A DNA stretch of 64,000 nucleotides from Candidatus Caenarcanales bacterium (lineage in GTDB: Bacteria; Cyanobacteriota; Vampirovibrionia; 2-02-FULL-35-15): the NCBI GenBank assembly GCA_020050435.1, contig JAGVKQ010000020.1, forward strand, positions 140,012 through 204,011, in the 5' to 3' direction. The notes below the pieces were generated by a model that saw only the letters and a list, made by a program, of their open reading frames with translations, ran no database searches and had not been told where the DNA came from. Positions 59,958 to 64,000 of this stretch are shown in pieces; the first letter of the stretch is position 1; each line of letters starts with the position of its first letter. The position numbers and the translations under genes were made by a program.

Positions 59958-60581
59958 ATGAGTAAGATCTCAATTAATACAAAAGAAATTCCATTTCAAG
60001 ATCGTTACAAACTTTTAATCGGGTCAATTATTCCACGCCCCATCGGTTTCGTTTCCACAATCAGCGAGAATGGCGTTTATAATCTTGCTCCTTTTAGTTT
60101 TTTTAACGGAATCTGTTCAAATCCAATGACTGTTTTATTTTGTCCTGTAATTAGATCATCAGATGGTCAGGAAAAAGATACTTTAAAGAACATAAAAAAC
60201 AATAAAGAGTTTGTAGTAAATATTGTTTCTGAAGAAATCGCTTCTCAGATGAATCAATGCTCAGCAGAATATCCTCCAGATGTAGATGAGTTTAAACAAA
60301 GCGGTCTAACTCCAGAAAAAAGCACGATGGTAAAACCACCTCTTATTAAAGAAGCGAAAATTAGCATGGAATGTAAACTGCATCAATTAGTACAAGTAGG
60401 AGATGGTGGCTTAGGAAGTGCCACTGTTGTTATAGGTGAAGTTATATATTTCCATGCTAATGAAGAAGTCTATAAAGATGGTAAAATAATTTCAAGTAAA
60501 TTAAAACCAATAGGACGTATGGGTGGAGCTGAGTACTGCAAAACTACTGATGTTTTTAGTCTGCCAAGACCAACTTTGTAA
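59958..60581 (+). CDS. flavin reductase family protein
   Basis: IIPRPIGFVST, NLAPFSFFN, KDTLKNI, IGRMGG. Confidence 0.9.
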   Translation: MSKISINTKEIPFQDRYKLLIGSIIPRPIGFVSTISENGVYNLAPFSFFNGICSNPMTVLFCPVIRSSDGQEKDTLKNIKNNKEFVVNIVSEEIASQMNQCSAEYPPDVDEFKQSGLTPEKSTMVKPPLIKEAKISMECKLHQLVQVGDGGLGSATVVIGEVIYFHANEEVYKDGKIISSKLKPIGRMGGAEYCKTTDVFSLPRPTL

Positions 60582-60601
60582 AGACGTTGTATACAACGTC
60601 T
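60578..60601 (+). repeat. REP-like perfect palindrome
   Basis: gtaa agacgttgtatacaacgtct; the foot contains the upstream stop codon. Confidence 0.7.
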
Positions 60602-60619
60602 CACCAGGAGAATAAGTTA

Positions 60620-62386
60620 GTGAAAGAATTATACGGCTTCATAAATCCAAACGAATTTCGTGAGATTAATCATAAAAAATCCAGAGCTATGACAAATAAA
60701 GTCATAGACTTAAAAACTGCTATTGAAAATTTTGTAAAAGATGGTGACTATTTGGGAATTGGTGGATTTGGAATGGATAGAATTCCATCTGCTGCTCTTC
60801 ATGAAATAGTCAGGCAAAAAAAAAGACATTTAACTTTAGCTGGGCATACAGCCACTCATGATGGGCAAATACTTTGTGCTGGCAATTGTGTAGATAAAGT
60901 AGACGCTGCTTATGTAGTAGGTGTAGAACTACTTGGACTTTCACCAAATTACAGGAGAACTTTTCAAGAAGGAAAAGTAAAAGTAACAGAATGGACAAAT
61001 GCAACATTGGCTTGGAGATATAAAGCAGCTGCTATGGGTCTGTCTTTTTTACCAGTGAGATCTATGTTAGGAACTGAAACTTTTGAAAAGAGCAAAGCTA
61101 TAGAATTTAAATGTCCATTTACTGGTGGAATTTATGCATTGGTTCCAGCATGTTTTCCTGATGTTTCAGTTATTCATGTGCCACGAGCCGATATTTATGG
61201 AAATTGTCAAATTGATGGAATAACAGTCTCTGATTATGATGTAGCAAGAGCATCTAAAAAAGTAATAATTACAACTGAAGAAATAATTGAAACGGATGAA
61301 ATTAGAAAAAATCCAGAAAGAACAATAATCCCATTTTACTGTGTGGATGCTGTAGTTCATGTCCCATATGGTTCTTTCCCAGGGAATATGCCTGGAATGT
61401 ACTATTTAGATATTGAACATTTAGGTGAATGGAATGAAGCAGAAAAAAGTGAAGAATCACTAAATAAATTTCTTGATAATTATATTTATAATGTTAAAGA
61501 CTGGAAAGAATATTTAGAAAGATGTGGTGGAAAGAAAAGGTTACAGGAATTGAGATCGATTGAATTGTTAGAAAACCAACCGTCAACAACAAACCATAAT
61601 CAATCAACCATCGAACACAAACCCTACAACATGACAGAATTCATGATTTGTGCAGCATCCAGGGTTCTTGAAGACAATAAAACCATTGTTGTCGGAACAG
61701 GGCTTCCTATGCTGGCTGCCATGCTCGCTCAAAAAACTCATACACCAAACCTTTTAATGATGTTTGAAGCAGGGGGAGTCGCTCCACTGCTTCCAGCACT
61801 TCCAATGTCAGTTGGTGATTCCAGAACACAATATAAAACACTTCTTTCTACTAGCATGCCTGAAATTATGGAAACATGTGCAAGAGGTCTTGTAGATTAT
61901 GCATTTTTAGGTGGGGCTCAAATAGACAAGTATGGAAATTTAAACTCTACAATAATAGGACCTAACTATGAAAAACCAAAAGTAAGATTACCTGGAAGCG
62001 GGGGTGCAAATGACTTAGCATCGCTTTGCTGGAACACTATCATTATTATGAAAATGGATAAGAAAAAATTCGTAGAAAAGTTAGATTTCCTAACTACGCC
62101 TGGCTATTTAAGTGGACCTAATTCCAGAGAAAAAGCTGGACTACCACCAGATACCGGTCCATTTAAAGTAATCACAGACTGTTGTATTTTTAACTTTGAT
62201 AAAGAAACAAAAGAAATGCAAATAGAAAGTTTACATCCTGGAATTAGTTTAGAAGATGTACAGAATAATTGTTCGTTCAAATTAAAAACTACAAACAAAA
62301 AACCACTAATCACACAAGAACCAACAAAAAGGGAACTTGAAATACTTAGAAAAGAAATTGATCCTAAGGGGCAAATAATTTCGTAA
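60620..62386 (+). CDS. fused alpha+beta CoA-transferase (glutaconate CoA-transferase-like)
   Basis: VKDGDYLGIGGF, AAAMGLSFLP; VGTGLP, MFEAG, LGGAQIDKYGNLN, LPGSGGAND; GTG start with AGGAG. Confidence 0.88.
   Translation: MKELYGFINPNEFREINHKKSRAMTNKVIDLKTAIENFVKDGDYLGIGGFGMDRIPSAALHEIVRQKKRHLTLAGHTATHDGQILCAGNCVDKVDAAYVVGVELLGLSPNYRRTFQEGKVKVTEWTNATLAWRYKAAAMGLSFLPVRSMLGTETFEKSKAIEFKCPFTGGIYALVPACFPDVSVIHVPRADIYGNCQIDGITVSDYDVARASKKVIITTEEIIETDEIRKNPERTIIPFYCVDAVVHVPYGSFPGNMPGMYYLDIEHLGEWNEAEKSEESLNKFLDNYIYNVKDWKEYLERCGGKKRLQELRSIELLENQPSTTNHNQSTIEHKPYNMTEFMICAASRVLEDNKTIVVGTGLPMLAAMLAQKTHTPNLLMMFEAGGVAPLLPALPMSVGDSRTQYKTLLSTSMPEIMETCARGLVDYAFLGGAQIDKYGNLNSTIIGPNYEKPKVRLPGSGGANDLASLCWNTIIIMKMDKKKFVEKLDFLTTPGYLSGPNSREKAGLPPDTGPFKVITDCCIFNFDKETKEMQIESLHPGISLEDVQNNCSFKLKTTNKKPLITQEPTKRELEILRKEIDPKGQIIS
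61578..61626 (+). repeat. heptamer repeat (AACCATC-like, 7 units) forming the alpha-beta linker
   Basis: aaccgtc aacaaca aaccata atcaatc aaccatc gaacaca aacccta. Confidence 0.65.
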
Positions 62387-62478
62387 ACCAATCTATATTA
62401 CCGAATTAAATAAATTTAATCTTTTCCCATGATACTCTCCTGTAAAATGTTTATCTATTAACAATTTATAGGATATTT

Positions 62479-64000
62479 ATGCGAGCTTCTCTTCTTTATT
62501 TAACCTTACCTAGACTTCCAGCTATTAGCACAGGAAACACTTCTGAGAGCTCTACCATTATTAGGGCAGAAACGATTCCAGCAAATGAACCTTCAATTGA
62601 AATCTTTACTACAAAAAATTCTATACTAGATATCAATTTAATTTATATTGAAATGGGTCATGAACCTGCCATAAACAAAATTAATGATTTTATAACTCTA
62701 CTTGAAAAAGAGGTCGACTCTACTAATTTTAAAGGAGTCTCTGAGGATGATCAAAACACCTTAGTTCAATTTAAAAGAATGATTCAAAAAGCTAATGTAA
62801 TAGATGTCGATCTAAAAAAAAGATTGGATGGATACCAAGCAAGAATTTTACATTTACAAAATATAATTGCACAAAAAGAAAAAAGCGAAATAAGACTAAT
62901 TAGTTTTGATGAACTGTTTAATGGTCTTTCTAGCAATCAATTAGATGCAATAGGAAAAAATCTATCTATCGTTCAGCTAACAACAGGGTGCTCTGTAGGA
63001 TGTCCGCATTGTAGTGTGAGTGCTTTAAAAGGTGCCAGAAGACATATTTCATGGGATGCGTTAAATGAAATAATTGGTAGATGGGGTGAACATATTGCTG
63101 AAAAAGAAATTTCTTTTTATCACTCATCTGATCCTTTAGACTGGGAAGATCCAGGAAAAGGAAAAAATTATTTTGATGTTTTACAATTAATAGATAGAAA
63201 ACTAAAATATGATCCTACGACTACAACTGCTATACCAAAAGGTAAAGAAGAATTAGCCAAACAAATATGGGAATCGAAATATGAAGTCAGAATATCGCCA
63301 TCAAATATAAATTACACACGCTTAACCAATTTAGGATTTTGGAGTGGGGAAACGATCAAAGAACTAAGAGCCTCATTAAGTAATCCAGGAAATAGTGATT
63401 CAAAACTTATTGGTGAAAAAGATGATATTAATGCAGAAAGAGATCTTACATACCAAGCTGGAAATAGCTATGATTTTGTATCATATATACCAAGTCCTAC
63501 AGTTACATGTGGTGTAATAGTTTCTCCAGATGGAGCCTTTAATACTGCCGTTACTGCAATTACTCCTTTAACACCAAATGGGTATGTAAGATTACCCATA
63601 GAAGAAGGATCTTCTGTATTTCTCAGAGATAATTACAGCCCTCATGCAAGAAGAAATGATTTTGATCTGTTAGCAATTGAAGATATAAGCAATCCAAACA
63701 ACACTGGCATTTCTCTAGATCATCAATACTTTCAAATATTACATGAAGTTATTACAAGATCAATTTTTGATGCTAAGTTAGTTGATCAAAACTCATCACC
63801 CTCTAAAGATCTTTATTTATTTCATCCAAGTCCTTTTAAATCAAAGTTCCTTTCTTCAGATCTTGATTTATTTACAACAGTTACTAGCGCAATGATGTAT
63901 GAATTTACAATCAATCTTTCAATCAGCATTTGGAATAATTCATTAGATGATGAAACCTCTTGCTTTGAAATCGAATCACCATTTAATGAAAAACAATTTT
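62479..64000 (+). CDS. radical SAM-motif protein truncated by the window end (not in ORF track)
   Basis: Open frame of 507 codons from ATG 62479 (SD AGGA); QLTTGCSVGCPHC with the Cys motif at 62989-63012. Confidence 0.75.
   Translation, partial: MRASLLYLTLPRLPAISTGNTSESSTIIRAETIPANEPSIEIFTTKNSILDINLIYIEMGHEPAINKINDFITLLEKEVDSTNFKGVSEDDQNTLVQFKRMIQKANVIDVDLKKRLDGYQARILHLQNIIAQKEKSEIRLISFDELFNGLSSNQLDAIGKNLSIVQLTTGCSVGCPHCSVSALKGARRHISWDALNEIIGRWGEHIAEKEISFYHSSDPLDWEDPGKGKNYFDVLQLIDRKLKYDPTTTTAIPKGKEELAKQIWESKYEVRISPSNINYTRLTNLGFWSGETIKELRASLSNPGNSDSKLIGEKDDINAERDLTYQAGNSYDFVSYIPSPTVTCGVIVSPDGAFNTAVTAITPLTPNGYVRLPIEEGSSVFLRDNYSPHARRNDFDLLAIEDISNPNNTGISLDHQYFQILHEVITRSIFDAKLVDQNSSPSKDLYLFHPSPFKSKFLSSDLDLFTTVTSAMMYEFTINLSISIWNNSLDDETSCFEIESPFNEKQF

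Noticed and set aside
71-62391. Other short track ORFs overlapping identified genes (e.g. 71-340, 13755-14150, 23164-23562, 47780-48205, 51117-51587)
   Set aside because: Antisense or out-of-frame shadows of well-supported genes with no motifs
1-64000. CRISPR array, tRNA/rRNA, transposase, prophage
   Set aside because: Repeats are dispersed palindromes or microsatellites, not regularly spaced repeats; no such genes recognised by eye

Overview
AT-rich bacterial chromosomal window. I found no rRNA, tRNA, CRISPR array, prophage or transposase. Gene content (a linked complex III + cbb3 oxidase operon, many lineage-specific ORFs, cyanobacteria-like heptamer repeats) suggests a non-photosynthetic cyanobacterial relative (Melainabacteria-like); this is inference only. 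Main blocks: aprAB; two paralogous His-tipped outer-membrane proteins; a 12-gene minus-strand respiratory operon (ccoN, ccoO-cyt c, ccoS, micro-ORF, diheme cyt c, Rieske, cyt b, two small membrane proteins, cyt b-ferredoxin, MvhD-like protein, micro-ORF); an orphan DNA methyltransferase; a small-ORF island with duplicated leaders and promoters; housekeeping genes (acs, rsmG, atpC, phaC-like, glnA, obgE, udg); methylcitrate cycle (prpDBC); two Eda-like and two Tad-like paralogs; leucine/acyl-CoA catabolism with a frameshifted carboxyltransferase; CDP-dideoxysugar genes; a fused CoA-transferase; and a truncated radical SAM ORF. The strongest candidate for a new system is an asymmetric bc complex: the Rieske-adjacent cytochrome b has lost both heme bH histidines, while a second cytochrome b keeps all four and carries a 2[4Fe-4S] domain followed by an MvhD-like protein. 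Other notable signals: palindromic and heptamer repeats translated inside proteins and forming fusion linkers or start/stop junctions, many apparently leaderless genes, a degenerate double CsrA-like protein, and two proteins sharing only an N-terminal leader. All calls are by-eye motif recognition without database searches; several starts were moved from the ORF track.
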